Below, piece after piece: positions 17,485 to 27,366 of a stretch of DNA of 64,000 bases. Origin of the DNA: Candidatus Aminicenantes bacterium (GTDB lineage: Bacteria; Acidobacteriota; Aminicenantia; Aminicenantales; UBA4085); assembly GCA_963729855.1 (NCBI GenBank), contig CAVSPT010000002.1:10012-74011 (forward strand), given 5' to 3'. Under the pieces are notes generated by a model that was given only the letters and a program-made list of their open reading frames with translations, did no database searches and was not told the origin of the DNA. Made by a program: the position numbers and the translations under genes. Numbering within the stretch: the first letter of the stretch is position 1; every line of letters starts with the position of its first letter.

Positions 17485-17732
17485 CTATCTCATTGATATC
17501 AGACGATATGAATGCGCGATTCTCTCAGGGAAAAAAGCCCTTTCAAGACATAAAATTATACCCCAAATCGGCCCTCGAGGCAAAGAAAAAAAACGGGAAA
17601 ATCCACAATATTTTGTGGAGGAAAACTCTTCCGGCGCAACGACTTGGGGAGAGAGGGGATTTGGTCGCGCCATTCAAAACGGGCATCGACCATGGCCGCG
17701 TCGCGGCGCAAGTTGACCCGAATATCCGAGCC

Positions 17733-17762
17733 CTGACCGGTGAGCGCGCTTTTTGATATAAT
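17733..17762 (+). promoter_or_regulatory. Putative sigma70 promoter with extended -10 (CTGACC-18-TGaTATAAT)
   Basis: -35-like CTGACC 17733-38, TG 17754-55, TATAAT 17757-62, 17 nt upstream of the ATG at 17779. Confidence 0.4.
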
Positions 17763-17778
17763 CATTCTCGGTGAAGTC

Positions 17779-18774
17779 ATGGCCGCCAATCTCACTCCCC
17801 AATACATGGAAGCGGAAAAAAAGCTCCGCTCGGCGACGATCCCGCAGGAGCGTCTCGAAATTATGCAGGAGATGCTGGCCTTGATGCCCAAGCACAAGGC
17901 CACCGAAAAGCTCCAGGCTCAGCTCAAGACGAAGATCGCCAAGCTGAAGGAGGAGATGCAGAAGCCGTCCGCCTCCGGCAAGCACGGAGTTTCCTATCTC
18001 ATCGACAAGCAGGGCGCCGGCCAGGTTGTGGTCGTCGGGCCGCCGAATTCAGGCAAGTCTTTTTTAATCAAGCAATTAACTGGCGCTGAACCTGAAGTGG
18101 GCGATTATCCCTTCACCACCCGGGTCCCGGCTCCCTACATGATGAAATTCGAAAACGTCAAAATCCAGCTCATCGATCTTCCTCCCATCACGGCCGAATA
18201 CCTGGAGAGCTGGCAGGTCGAGATGATCAAGATCGCCGACGCGGCGCTGGTCGTGGCCGACGCGGCCGATCCCGACTCCCCGGAACTTCTGGAGACGCTT
18301 TTCGCCCGCCTCAAAGAAAAAAAAGTGGAGTTTGTTTCCGAGACGTACGAACCGCCGGCCGACGAAGCCGTCCGGATCTTCCATAAGCGGACCCTCCTTT
18401 TGGCCAATAAATCCGACCTCGACCCGGCCGGAGAGAACCGCAAGGCCCTGGAATTTTTCTTCGAAGCCCAGCTTCCCCTGGTTTCGATCTCGGCCGAAAT
18501 GGGCGAAGGGTTGGACGAGTTGCGCCGCCGGATATTCGATCTTCTGCAGGTCATCCGGGCCTACAGCAAGCCGCCCGGCAAGAAAATCGACCACTCCGAC
18601 CCGCATGTCTTGAAGAAGGGCGCCAACGTCCTGGACATCGCCCGTTCCGTGCACAAGGATTTCGCCGAGAAGCTGGCCTATGCCCGCCTCTGGCGGGAGG
18701 GGCTCTACAGCGGACAGATGGTCACCCGCGACGAGGTCCTGCAGGACCAGGACGTCGTCGAGCTCCATCTCTAA
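17779..18774 (+). CDS. OBG-HflX superfamily GTPase, DRG/Rbg-like, with C-terminal TGS domain
   Basis: G1 GPPNSGKS, G2 YPFTT, G3 DLPP, C-terminal TGS domain; start moved to ATG 17779 because the putative promoter overlaps the ORF-track start 17740. Confidence 0.75.
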   Translation: MAANLTPQYMEAEKKLRSATIPQERLEIMQEMLALMPKHKATEKLQAQLKTKIAKLKEEMQKPSASGKHGVSYLIDKQGAGQVVVVGPPNSGKSFLIKQLTGAEPEVGDYPFTTRVPAPYMMKFENVKIQLIDLPPITAEYLESWQVEMIKIADAALVVADAADPDSPELLETLFARLKEKKVEFVSETYEPPADEAVRIFHKRTLLLANKSDLDPAGENRKALEFFFEAQLPLVSISAEMGEGLDELRRRIFDLLQVIRAYSKPPGKKIDHSDPHVLKKGANVLDIARSVHKDFAEKLAYARLWREGLYSGQMVTRDEVLQDQDVVELHL

Positions 18775-18818
18775 TGGACGGCGCCCGGAAGCGCCTCCCA
18801 AAAGTCCGAGAAGGCTGT

Positions 18819-20357
18819 TCAGTTCGTCCGGAAATTCAGCGTCGGCTTGTTGTTCATGTCCATGATGGCCATGAAAAATAGCTGGGCCGTGGCCTCCATG
18901 ATCTCGGGCGTGATCAAATCGAGCGAGTCTTTCGTATTGTGGTAGTGCGGATAAGGAATGGTCTTGCCGTAGGAGCCGAAGGTCAAGGAGGGAACGCCCT
19001 TCCAGAAAAAGCGGGCCGAATCCTCCCGCGGCCGCGCGGGATACGAGGCCGGGCCGGTCGAAAGCTGGCGGTGGATGTACTTCTGGTCGACATTCTCGAT
19101 GATCGACCAGAAGGCCGGATAGGTGGTCCCGCCCGAGGCCGAGATCTTGTCCCCCACCCCGGGCCCTTCCATGTTGATGAAGACCAGGGTCTTGTCGAGC
19201 GGAAAGACCGGATGCTCGCAATAATAGTCCGAGCCGGCCACGCCCTGCTCCTCGCTGCCGAAGAAAATGAAGAGGACGGTCCGCAGCGGCCTGATCGCGC
19301 TCTTGGCCAGCGCTTCGGCGGTGCCCAGGCCGACGGCCACGGCGGTGGCATTGTCGTTGGCCCCGGGCATCATTTCCCAGAGGCGGCCGAGGTGGTCGAG
19401 GTGTCCGCCGACGATGATGACGTCGTCCTTGAGCTTCGGGTCGCTGCCGGGGATGACGCCCAGGACATTGTATCCGATGCCCTCGGGATGCCGTTCGGCC
19501 ACGTTCTTGATGGTCATGATCTTGCCCGTGGCGAACGACTGGGGCTTGAGCTCCTTCTTGATTTTGGCCGTCACCTCGGCATAGGTCTTTCCGGTCCCGG
19601 CGAAGACGTCGGCCACGACCGCCGCGCCGACGTGATGGTAGATGAAGCCTTCGCGGAACGAGTTGTTGGGGTTGCCGATGGGACCGTAGTTGTAGATCAT
19701 GCCTTTGGCCCCATGGGCGACGGCGTTCTCCAGCTTGTATTGATGGAACGAGTACGGCCGCCATTTCTTGAACAGCTCGAGCCTTTCGGCGGTCGGCGGG
19801 ACGGGAACCTCGGGGTCCATGAGGACGATCTTGCCCGTGACGTCGACGCCGGCGTAATCGTCGTATCCCAGCTCGGGAGCGGTGACGCCGTAGCCCACGT
19901 AGATCACCTCGGCCGTGACCTCTCCCGAATCGGTCGTCCCGCCGGGGATGAACTCGTCCTCATATTTATAGGACTTCTTGATGATTCCGTCGTTGACCGG
20001 GATGTTCATCGTCAGCGAGCCGCCCTTGAAGACGAGCGAATAGGGATTGGGAAAGGCCTGCAGATAGGTGCCCCGGTCTCCGGCCGGCTGGACGCCCCAG
20101 GACTTAAGGAGCGAGGAGATCCAGGCGGCGCAGGCGTTGAATTCGGGCGTGCCGGTCAGACGGCCGCCGTATTTTTCGGAACAGAGCTCCTTGACATAAC
20201 CGAACAGCGTCTCGCTCGAGATGAGATGCATGGCCTCGAGGAGCTTCTGCTCATCGGTTGCCGGCACGACGGGCCTTGGCCGGGGTTGGGCGCCGGCCAG
20301 GGTCCAGGACGCGGCCAGAACGAACACCAGAAGAAGAACGGCTCGGCGGTGACGCAT
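18819..20357 (-). CDS. Secreted M28-family Zn aminopeptidase with PA domain
   Basis: 512 aa; signal peptide, PA insert, M28 metal ligands (IIVGGHLDH...NDNATAVA). Confidence 0.8.
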   Translation of the reverse strand: MRHRRAVLLLVFVLAASWTLAGAQPRPRPVVPATDEQKLLEAMHLISSETLFGYVKELCSEKYGGRLTGTPEFNACAAWISSLLKSWGVQPAGDRGTYLQAFPNPYSLVFKGGSLTMNIPVNDGIIKKSYKYEDEFIPGGTTDSGEVTAEVIYVGYGVTAPELGYDDYAGVDVTGKIVLMDPEVPVPPTAERLELFKKWRPYSFHQYKLENAVAHGAKGMIYNYGPIGNPNNSFREGFIYHHVGAAVVADVFAGTGKTYAEVTAKIKKELKPQSFATGKIMTIKNVAERHPEGIGYNVLGVIPGSDPKLKDDVIIVGGHLDHLGRLWEMMPGANDNATAVAVGLGTAEALAKSAIRPLRTVLFIFFGSEEQGVAGSDYYCEHPVFPLDKTLVFINMEGPGVGDKISASGGTTYPAFWSIIENVDQKYIHRQLSTGPASYPARPREDSARFFWKGVPSLTFGSYGKTIPYPHYHNTKDSLDLITPEIMEATAQLFFMAIMDMNNKPTLNFRTN

Positions 20358-20648
20358 GCGGGCCTCCAGGACGGGAATCGGATGGGATTATGTGTATTAC
20401 AGGCGCGGATAAAAAGCAAGCGGGCCGCGGCCCGGGCCCGCCTCGCGAGCCTGACCACGACCCGGTCCGATCCGCGCCGGTCGTGACGCGTCCGTCCGGA
20501 CAGCGAGCGGGAGCGATGCCTCGACCGGACGTTGGACAGGGATGGAGGGCGGCCGCAGGGAAGAGGTCCCCCGTCCTCGTTGAATTGACGCTTCGATTCT
20601 GCTATCTTGCCGTTTCGGGCCGGCGATGGGCCCGGAGAAGGAGGTCCC

Positions 20649-21254
20649 ATGATCCGCAACGTTTCGATCCCTTGGCTGACGCTGGCCGCCCTGTTTCTGC
20701 TCGCCGCCGGAGCGGCGGCCGCCGCCGCTCCGGCGGCGGAGGCCGTCCATCCCACGGTCGTCATCAAGACGAGCCTGGGCGACATCACCATCGAGCTCTT
20801 TCCCGACAAGGCCCCCCTCACCGTCCAGAACTTCCTGGCCTATGTCGACGCCAAGTTTTATGACGGGACCATCTTCCACCGGGTCATCAAGGGATTCATG
20901 ATCCAGGGCGGCGGACTGACCCCCGACTTCGGTGAAAAGCCGGAAAAACCGGCGATCAAGAACGAAGCCGGCAACGGCCTGAAAAACCTGCGCGGGACGA
21001 TCGCCATGGCCCGCACGGACCAGCCCCACACGGCTACCTGCCAGTTCTTCATCAACCACGCCGACAACGCTTCTCTCGACCACAAAGACAACTCGGCCGA
21101 CGGATTCGGATATTGCGTCTTCGGCCGGGTCATCGCCGGAATGGACGTCGTCGACCTCATCGCTAAGACGCCCACCGCAACCATCAAGGGCAACGGGGAC
21201 GCCCCGCGCACGACCGTGTCGATCTTGTCCATCCGGCGGGCCGCAACGAAATGA
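20649..21254 (+). CDS. Secreted cyclophilin-type peptidyl-prolyl cis-trans isomerase
   Basis: FHRVIKGFMIQGGG cyclophilin signature; signal peptide MIRNVSIPWLTLAALFLLAAGAAAAAAP; internal ATG 20649 preferred over 20607. Confidence 0.85.
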   Translation: MIRNVSIPWLTLAALFLLAAGAAAAAAPAAEAVHPTVVIKTSLGDITIELFPDKAPLTVQNFLAYVDAKFYDGTIFHRVIKGFMIQGGGLTPDFGEKPEKPAIKNEAGNGLKNLRGTIAMARTDQPHTATCQFFINHADNASLDHKDNSADGFGYCVFGRVIAGMDVVDLIAKTPTATIKGNGDAPRTTVSILSIRRAATK

Positions 21255-21490
21255 CCGATTCGAAGACGGGCCGGTGGGGCGACACGCTGTTCGCCCTTTT
21301 TCACCTGGCCCTCGTCGCGGCGATCGCCGTCTACGCCGTCGTGTCCCTGGTCCAGGGGAACACGTGGCGCTTCCTGGTCATCCTGTGCGGATTGACCATC
21401 TATTATTTCCTGGTCCTGGACAAGCCCGTCCGCCTGGAAATCGAACGCCGGCGCCGCCTGCGCGGCCAGCCGCCTTCAAGGAGGTCCTGA
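21251..21490 (+). CDS. Small two-TM membrane protein (hypothetical)
   Basis: 79 aa, two hydrophobic helices, 4-bp overlap with cyclophilin gene; no recognisable family. Confidence 0.35.
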   Translation: MTDSKTGRWGDTLFALFHLALVAAIAVYAVVSLVQGNTWRFLVILCGLTIYYFLVLDKPVRLEIERRRRLRGQPPSRRS

Positions 21491-21493
21491 TCC

Positions 21494-22945
21494 ATGAAAA
21501 CGCGATCTCTCTCCGCCCTGATCCTCGTCTGCGCCCTGGCCATCCCTGCCGCGGCCCAGGACAAACCCGTCCTCCCGCCCGACCTGGCCAAAGGGTTGGC
21601 CGCCATTCAAGGAACGGCCGCCTACGGTTATGTCAAACAGCTGTCTTCTCCGGCTTTCGCCGGCCGCCTGACCGGTTCCCCCGGCTTTACGGCGGCGGCT
21701 CGATGGGCCGCGGGCTTGTTCAAAGAGTGGGGGCTCAAGCCCATCGACGCCAAGTCCGGCTATCTTCAGCCCTTCCCTTCGCCTTACACGATCATCAAGA
21801 GCGCCGACTTGACTCTGTTCCAGCCCGGCGACTCCACGGGGAGGAAATTCGAGGCCAACAAGGATTTCCTGCCCCTTCTCTTCAGCGACAGCGGAACGAT
21901 CGAGGCCGGGCTGGTCTTCGCCGGCTGGGGCATCAGCGCCCCCGACCTGGGTTATGACGACTACGCCGGCCTCGACGTCAAGGGCAAGATCGTCCTCTGC
22001 TTCCGCGGCCAGCCGGCCCTGGGCGACCCCCGCCTCCAGCGCCACGACGAGCACCGCACCCGGATGAAAACCGCCCTGGAGAAGGGCGCCCTCGGCCTCT
22101 TCTATATCTATCCCGAACCGATCTCCAACCCCAATGGCGACTGGCTGAAGGGCTTCCTGCCGGCCATGATCAGCGAAAAGGCGGCGGACACGATTCTGAA
22201 AGAGGCCGGGACGACGAGCGCCGACCTCAAAAAGATTCTCCAGACTTTCAAGAAGCCCCTCAGCTTCGCCCTCCCATCGAAGGTCCGCTACGCCGTCGAA
22301 TCCGAGCATCATGCCGACGGCGTCGGGTACAACGTGGCCGGTTATGTCGAGGGTTCGGACCCGGCCCTGCGCAAGGACGTCATCGTCATCGGCGGCCATC
22401 TCGACCACAACGGCCTCCACATGGGCTTCCTTTTCCCCGGCGCGAACGACAACGCCAGCGGGAGCGCCACGGTCATGGAGGTCGGACGGGCCTACTCCGT
22501 CCTGGCCCGCAAGCCGAAGCGCTCGATTGTCGTCGTCCTCTTCGGCGGCGAGGAGAAGGGCCTGCAGGGATCGACCTACTTCGCCGAACACATTCCCGCT
22601 CCGTTCGCCAAGGTCGACGGCATGTTCAACTTCGACATGACCGGCGAGGGCGACGGCGCCTGGGGCTCGGCCTCGGTGGACGGGCTGAAAGCGGCCATCG
22701 AGAAAGCCGACAAGTCCGTGGGCATTTTGCGGGGCCTGGGCCGGATGTCCGGTCCGGTGGGTGTGCGCGGCTCGGATTTCGCCCCTTTTTACGAGAAGGG
22801 CGCGGCCACGGCGGGGATCGGTTCGAACGGTCCGCACCTGGCCTATCACGCCGTGGGTGACACCATTTACCGGATCAATCCCGAGATCATGGCCGACATC
22901 GCCAAGGTCGCCTTTCTGTCGAGCTTCGACTGGGCCGATCGCTGA
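21494..22945 (+). CDS. Secreted M28-family Zn aminopeptidase with PA domain (paralog of 18819-20357)
   Basis: 483 aa; colinear similarity to the first M28 (LTGSPGF.., GYDDYAGLDVKGKIVL, GGHLDH, NDNASGSA). Confidence 0.8.
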   Translation: MKTRSLSALILVCALAIPAAAQDKPVLPPDLAKGLAAIQGTAAYGYVKQLSSPAFAGRLTGSPGFTAAARWAAGLFKEWGLKPIDAKSGYLQPFPSPYTIIKSADLTLFQPGDSTGRKFEANKDFLPLLFSDSGTIEAGLVFAGWGISAPDLGYDDYAGLDVKGKIVLCFRGQPALGDPRLQRHDEHRTRMKTALEKGALGLFYIYPEPISNPNGDWLKGFLPAMISEKAADTILKEAGTTSADLKKILQTFKKPLSFALPSKVRYAVESEHHADGVGYNVAGYVEGSDPALRKDVIVIGGHLDHNGLHMGFLFPGANDNASGSATVMEVGRAYSVLARKPKRSIVVVLFGGEEKGLQGSTYFAEHIPAPFAKVDGMFNFDMTGEGDGAWGSASVDGLKAAIEKADKSVGILRGLGRMSGPVGVRGSDFAPFYEKGAATAGIGSNGPHLAYHAVGDTIYRINPEIMADIAKVAFLSSFDWADR

Positions 22946-23054
22946 TGGCCGGGCCGCGCGCGGGACGACCGGCGCGGCGGCCTGAAACTTTTTCCGCCCC
23001 TGGAGCGTTACCTGGAATGATGAAAGAATCGTCCCGGGCCCCCGGCGGAGCAGC

Positions 23055-24347
23055 ATGAACGGCGGACCGCGATTTCTGAGGAGGCCGGAAATCCGGTCCG
23101 GGCCGCCCGTCCCGCGTCGCTTCCGGCGGTTCATCCTCGCCGGCGTCGGCGCCGCGGCGGTCCTGATCATCGCCGGGTTGTTGATCGTCCGCTCCCCGGA
23201 CGGCGCGCAAAAGGCCGGACCCGGGCCGGGCGCGGCCGCCTCCCGTTTGACCTCTCCTCCCCCGCCCCGGCCTGACATCGAGGTCATCCCGCCGGGCGCC
23301 ACCCTATCGGCCCTGCTGGGCCGGCATGGATTTTCAGCCGAAGATTCCTATATCCTGTGGCGCGAAGTCCGGCCCATTTTCGATATGCAGCAGCTCATCG
23401 CCGGACGCGAGCTGCGCCTCTACAAGGACGCGGCCGGAAAGGTCCAGACCATCGAATACGACCTGGACGAACGCCGCTACCTGCGCATCGAGCGGATCGG
23501 CCGGCGCTTTCTGCCCGGCGTCGAGAACCATCGCTTCGAGAGACGGACGGCCTTTGCCGCCGGCGTCATCGAGGACATCCTCATCACCGCCGTTGAGAAG
23601 GCCGGCGAAAAGCTCGTTTTGGCCCTGGCCCTGGCCGATCTCCTGGCTTGGGACATTGATTTCAACACCGAGCTCAGAACGGGCGACACGTTCCGCCTGA
23701 TCTTCGAGAAGAATTTCCGCGAAGGTGAATTCGCCGGCTACGGAGATATCCTGGCCGCCGAATTCCGTTGTCAGGGCCGCCTTTACGAAGCCTACCGGTT
23801 CGTCTATCCGGACACGGGGCAATCGGACCATTTCGACGCCGAGGGCCGGTCGACGCGCAAGGAATTCCTCCGCGCGCCCATCCCCTTCGCCCCGATCACC
23901 TCGCGCTTCAGCGCCAGCCGGCTTCATCCCATCTTCAAGGTCTACCGGGCTCACTACGGCGTGGATTACGGCGCGCCCGTCGGCACGGCCGTCCAGGCCA
24001 CCGCCGACGGCGTCGTCACGGCCGCCGGGTGGAACGGGGGGGCCGGCCAGATGATCCGTCTCCGGCACGCCAACTCCTACGAAACGATGTACTTCCATCT
24101 CAGCCGCATCCTGGTCAACGTCGGGGACCGGGTGAAGATGGGTCAGACGATCGGACGGGTGGGATCAACGGGCGAATCGACCGGGCCGCACCTCGATTAT
24201 CGGATTCTCCAGGGAGGAACCTTCATCGATCCCTTGGGCAAACGCTTCGATCCGGTGACACCCCTGCGCCGAGAATTCACGGCCGCGTTCGGGGTCGAAG
24301 TCGAGAAATACCGCTTCCTTTTCGGGTTGCCTTTCCGCCTGTTTTGA
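23055..24347 (+). CDS. M23-family peptidoglycan metalloendopeptidase
   Basis: 430 aa; N-terminal TM segment; C-terminal HYGVDYGAPVGTAV...GSTGESTGPHLDY LytM/M23 motifs. Confidence 0.8.
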   Translation: MNGGPRFLRRPEIRSGPPVPRRFRRFILAGVGAAAVLIIAGLLIVRSPDGAQKAGPGPGAAASRLTSPPPPRPDIEVIPPGATLSALLGRHGFSAEDSYILWREVRPIFDMQQLIAGRELRLYKDAAGKVQTIEYDLDERRYLRIERIGRRFLPGVENHRFERRTAFAAGVIEDILITAVEKAGEKLVLALALADLLAWDIDFNTELRTGDTFRLIFEKNFREGEFAGYGDILAAEFRCQGRLYEAYRFVYPDTGQSDHFDAEGRSTRKEFLRAPIPFAPITSRFSASRLHPIFKVYRAHYGVDYGAPVGTAVQATADGVVTAAGWNGGAGQMIRLRHANSYETMYFHLSRILVNVGDRVKMGQTIGRVGSTGESTGPHLDYRILQGGTFIDPLGKRFDPVTPLRREFTAAFGVEVEKYRFLFGLPFRLF

Positions 24348-26273
24348 TCAGCGGATGTGTCCGCTGCCGCCGGCGCTGCCGGTCGACGCCGATCCGGTCG
24401 TGCCGGCGGCCGCGGCGCCGCCCGAAGCGGCCCCGCCCGAACCGCCGGTGTAGCCGGAGCCGCCGGCGGCCGCCGAGCCGCGGCTGGAGCGCCCCATCCC
24501 TCCGGCGGCGAGGCCGCGCTCGTGCACGGTCCTGGAGGAGACGGCAAGCTGGGGCGAGTAGATCTCGTTGGACGCGCTGGCGTAGACGACATCGACGCCC
24601 AATCGGACGGCCAAGCGGATATCCGGGTTCCAATCGAGGCGCCGGACGGGGGCCGGAGAATTGAGGCCGCGGAGAGCGGCGGGGAAGGCGCGAGCGGCGG
24701 CCGGCGGGAGCTCCCCGGCCTGGACGAGGGCGCTCTGTTCGGCTTGTCCGAGCCGGCGTTGGTTGAACGCGAATTGCTGCGATGCCAGAACGGCGGCCCG
24801 GTCCGCCCTCATGGGCGGGGCGGACAACAAGGCCTTCACCGCATCGGGAATCGGCAGGATCCGCGCAGCCCCCAACAAGCCGGCCAGGGGAACGGATTTC
24901 TCTCCGACGTCCGGCGAGTTCAGAAGACGATGGTCGACGACCACGGCCTGGCGGCCCACGGCCAGCATGGAATCGACCGCGGCGGAATCATGGCGCCGGA
25001 GCCCCTCCATCAAGGATTTCAGCCCGGCCCGGAATTCCTGGGGCATGTCGAAGGGGGAGCGGGAGAGCGGTCTCAGCCGGCCCTTGGGAACCGTCCGCTG
25101 GAAAGGCCAACCCGATTGCCATCCCCAGTACCAGAACATCGGATCCATGAACCAATCGGCAAACAGGTCGGGATATTCATACCAGCCCCAGTCCCACATG
25201 GACCAAGGCCGCCATCCCGAGAACGAGCCGCCAAAGAAGGCCCAATCCACCCAGGCCGGGGCGAACGTGGAACCGGGGATCCAAAACCAGCCTTTCTTCG
25301 CGTCCCATTGCCAGACGCCGAGGTGATAGGGGATCCAGCCCCAGGACTCGGCCGGCACCCAGAACAGCTGGCCGTTGTAGTTCGACCAGCTGCCGGCATA
25401 GTAGGGAGCCCAGGTTCCCCAAGGATAGTAGTCGTTGTAATACGGCCGCCAGACGTAGCCGACGTAATCGTCGTAGAGCCATTCCCCGTAGCGGTTGCCC
25501 CACTTCCGGGCGAATTCGAAAATGCCCGAAGAAAACTTCTGGACCGGCTTGGGCAGCGGCGTCAGGCCCGCGTGCAATTCCAGAAAATCGTCGTTGATCG
25601 ACTTGTTCCAGGACTCGAAATCGGTATCGGCTTTGTAGGCCTGCACGGAGGGGGTTCCGTCCGGGGCGACGGTCATCTGTTCGCCGGCGTTGACGACCTG
25701 CTCTTTGGAAGCCTTCGCCTCGGGGCCGTAGAGCAGGGAGGCCTTGCCGTATTTGACCCGGATCTCCGCACCACCGCCCGCCGGAAGACCGATCATGGCC
25801 ACGCTGTTGTGTTTGAGCTTGACCGCGGCCGGGGGCGTCAGGACCTGGAAAAGCTCCTTGGAATTGAACTGTTTGTACATGACGTAGCAGCGGCCCCGGC
25901 GCAGGACCAGGTTGGAAATCTCGCTTCTCGAGCTCAAGCTTTGGGCCATGATCGTCTCGATTTTGAGCTCGCTGTCGACGTCCAATCGGACGATGGTGGC
26001 GCTGTCGAACTGGATCTCGATCCGCCGCTCCCCCGTCGTGCGGATGACGTCGCCCGGTCCGACCGGAAGATTGAGCGCCGCAGGCTCGCCTTTGTCCGCG
26101 CCGCTGCGCAGGACGACGGGATCGGCGCCGTCGTTTCGGACGTCGGTCAAGCTGATGTGCCCGTAATAAAAGTCCTTCAAGCCGTTGACGACCTGATAGG
26201 GACCGTCCGCACGCGCCAAAGGAGATAGAGCCAGGGCCAGAAACAAAATCCCCAACGAGACTTTTTTCATCAC
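24348..26273 (-). CDS. Secreted FecR-like domain protein with extreme Trp/Tyr-rich segment and Gly/Ser/Ala-rich tail
   Basis: 641 aa; signal peptide; N-terminal FecR-like beta region; ~135-aa stretch with 24 Trp (WxPYY, WGW, WDWGWY motifs); C-terminal GGSGYTGGSGGAASGG low complexity. Confidence 0.7.
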   Translation of the reverse strand: MMKKVSLGILFLALALSPLARADGPYQVVNGLKDFYYGHISLTDVRNDGADPVVLRSGADKGEPAALNLPVGPGDVIRTTGERRIEIQFDSATIVRLDVDSELKIETIMAQSLSSRSEISNLVLRRGRCYVMYKQFNSKELFQVLTPPAAVKLKHNSVAMIGLPAGGGAEIRVKYGKASLLYGPEAKASKEQVVNAGEQMTVAPDGTPSVQAYKADTDFESWNKSINDDFLELHAGLTPLPKPVQKFSSGIFEFARKWGNRYGEWLYDDYVGYVWRPYYNDYYPWGTWAPYYAGSWSNYNGQLFWVPAESWGWIPYHLGVWQWDAKKGWFWIPGSTFAPAWVDWAFFGGSFSGWRPWSMWDWGWYEYPDLFADWFMDPMFWYWGWQSGWPFQRTVPKGRLRPLSRSPFDMPQEFRAGLKSLMEGLRRHDSAAVDSMLAVGRQAVVVDHRLLNSPDVGEKSVPLAGLLGAARILPIPDAVKALLSAPPMRADRAAVLASQQFAFNQRRLGQAEQSALVQAGELPPAAARAFPAALRGLNSPAPVRRLDWNPDIRLAVRLGVDVVYASASNEIYSPQLAVSSRTVHERGLAAGGMGRSSRGSAAAGGSGYTGGSGGAASGGAAAAGTTGSASTGSAGGSGHIR

Positions 26274-26467
26274 CCTTCTCCTTGTTCAATTTTGATTATA
26301 CATCATTCTATATGCAAGAGATATGCCAGACGGACCAGGACGTCATCGCATCCCCCCGGGGTGCGATCATGTCCTCAGCCGGGGACGAGTGTCGCCTGAA
26401 TGGGCAGTACCCCGGCTCAATTTGAATACCGGGAGCGCCTCGGCTAGAATGGAATCCGGACAACCCG

Positions 26468-26935
26468 ATGCCCCGCTACCGCAATCCCGCTCCAACCGTG
26501 GACCTGATCATCGAAATCGAAGATCCGCATGGCCGCCCTGGAATCGTATTGATTAAAAGGAAAAATCCTCCCTTCGGCTGGGCCCTTCCCGGGGGATTCG
26601 TCGACTATGGGGAATCCTGCGAAGACGCGGCCGTACGGGAAGCATTCGAGGAAACATCTCTCCGCGTCCGGCTCGTCGACCAGCTCCACACGTATTCCGC
26701 GCCCGGCCGCGACCCGCGCAAGCACACCATCACGACCGTGTTCATCGCCAGGGCCAAGGGCAAGCCCCTCGGGCGGGACGACGCCCAGGAAGCTGCGGTT
26801 TTTACGCGGGCCGCACTGCCCAAGCCGCTGGCCTTCGATCATGAATTGATCCTCTCCGACTATTTCAAGCGCCGCCGACGGTCCTCCAACCGCGCGGCCC
26901 GATGGACGACGAAAGGAAGATCCCATGGCCGATAG
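26468..26935 (+). CDS. NUDIX hydrolase
   Basis: 155 aa; Nudix box [24 protein letters not shown]. Confidence 0.8.
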   Translation: MPRYRNPAPTVDLIIEIEDPHGRPGIVLIKRKNPPFGWALPGGFVDYGESCEDAAVREAFEETSLRVRLVDQLHTYSAPGRDPRKHTITTVFIARAKGKPLGRDDAQEAAVFTRAALPKPLAFDHELILSDYFKRRRRSSNRAARWTTKGRSHGR

Positions 26936-27203
26936 GAAAGACGGGCCTGAAAATGAAATGACCGCCGACCTGAACCTGAAGGAAGTCCACCGAGTCTGGG
27001 GTCTGGCCGAAGCCGACATCATCAAGAGCTTCCTGGAAAGCAACGGCATCGCCTGCATCTACCACGGGCTGGTCGTCCCTTCGATTTATTCCTTTACGAC
27101 GGACGGCATGGGTGAAATCCGCATCATGGTCAAGGACTCGGACTACGAAACGGCCAAAGAGCTCCTGAAAATGTCCGAAACCCCATCGGAAGAAGCCCAG
27201 TAA
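26925..27203 (+). CDS. DUF2007-like small protein
   Basis: 92 aa; A..I.SFLES.GI.C pattern of the 'putative signal-transducing' DUF2007 fold; overlaps Nudix gene by 11 bp. Confidence 0.45.
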   Translation: MADRKDGPENEMTADLNLKEVHRVWGLAEADIIKSFLESNGIACIYHGLVVPSIYSFTTDGMGEIRIMVKDSDYETAKELLKMSETPSEEAQ

Positions 27204-27302
27204 TCCAATTTTTTCCTCTCCCATTTCCCCTTTTGTCCATAACTTATGGTTTATGTACGTATAAGCGTCCCAAAAATAAGCCGTAATCTGACCTAATAAC
27301 GC

Positions 27303-27331
27303 TTGACAATTATGTTTTCCGAGTCTATATT
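27303..27331 (+). promoter_or_regulatory. mraZ/dcw promoter (TTGACA-17-TATATT)
   Basis: TTGACA 27303-08, 17-nt spacer, TATATT 27326-31; same hexamers as the dnaG promoter. Confidence 0.55.
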
Positions 27332-27341
27332 TGACACGAAC

Positions 27342-27366
27342 TGGGAAGAAATGGGACGAAATGGGC
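27342..27366 (+). promoter_or_regulatory. MraZ operator: three TGGGA/C boxes with 10-bp periodicity
   Basis: TGGGA 27342, TGGGA 27352, TGGGC 27362 (cTGGGAagaaaTGGGAcgaaaTGGGCgaag) between -10 and overlapping mraZ ATG; matches known MraZ direct-repeat operator architecture. Confidence 0.55.

Noticed and set aside
18939-20486. 515-aa plus-strand ORF antisense to M28 peptidase
   Set aside because: It has no domain features and sits opposite a strongly supported peptidase gene.
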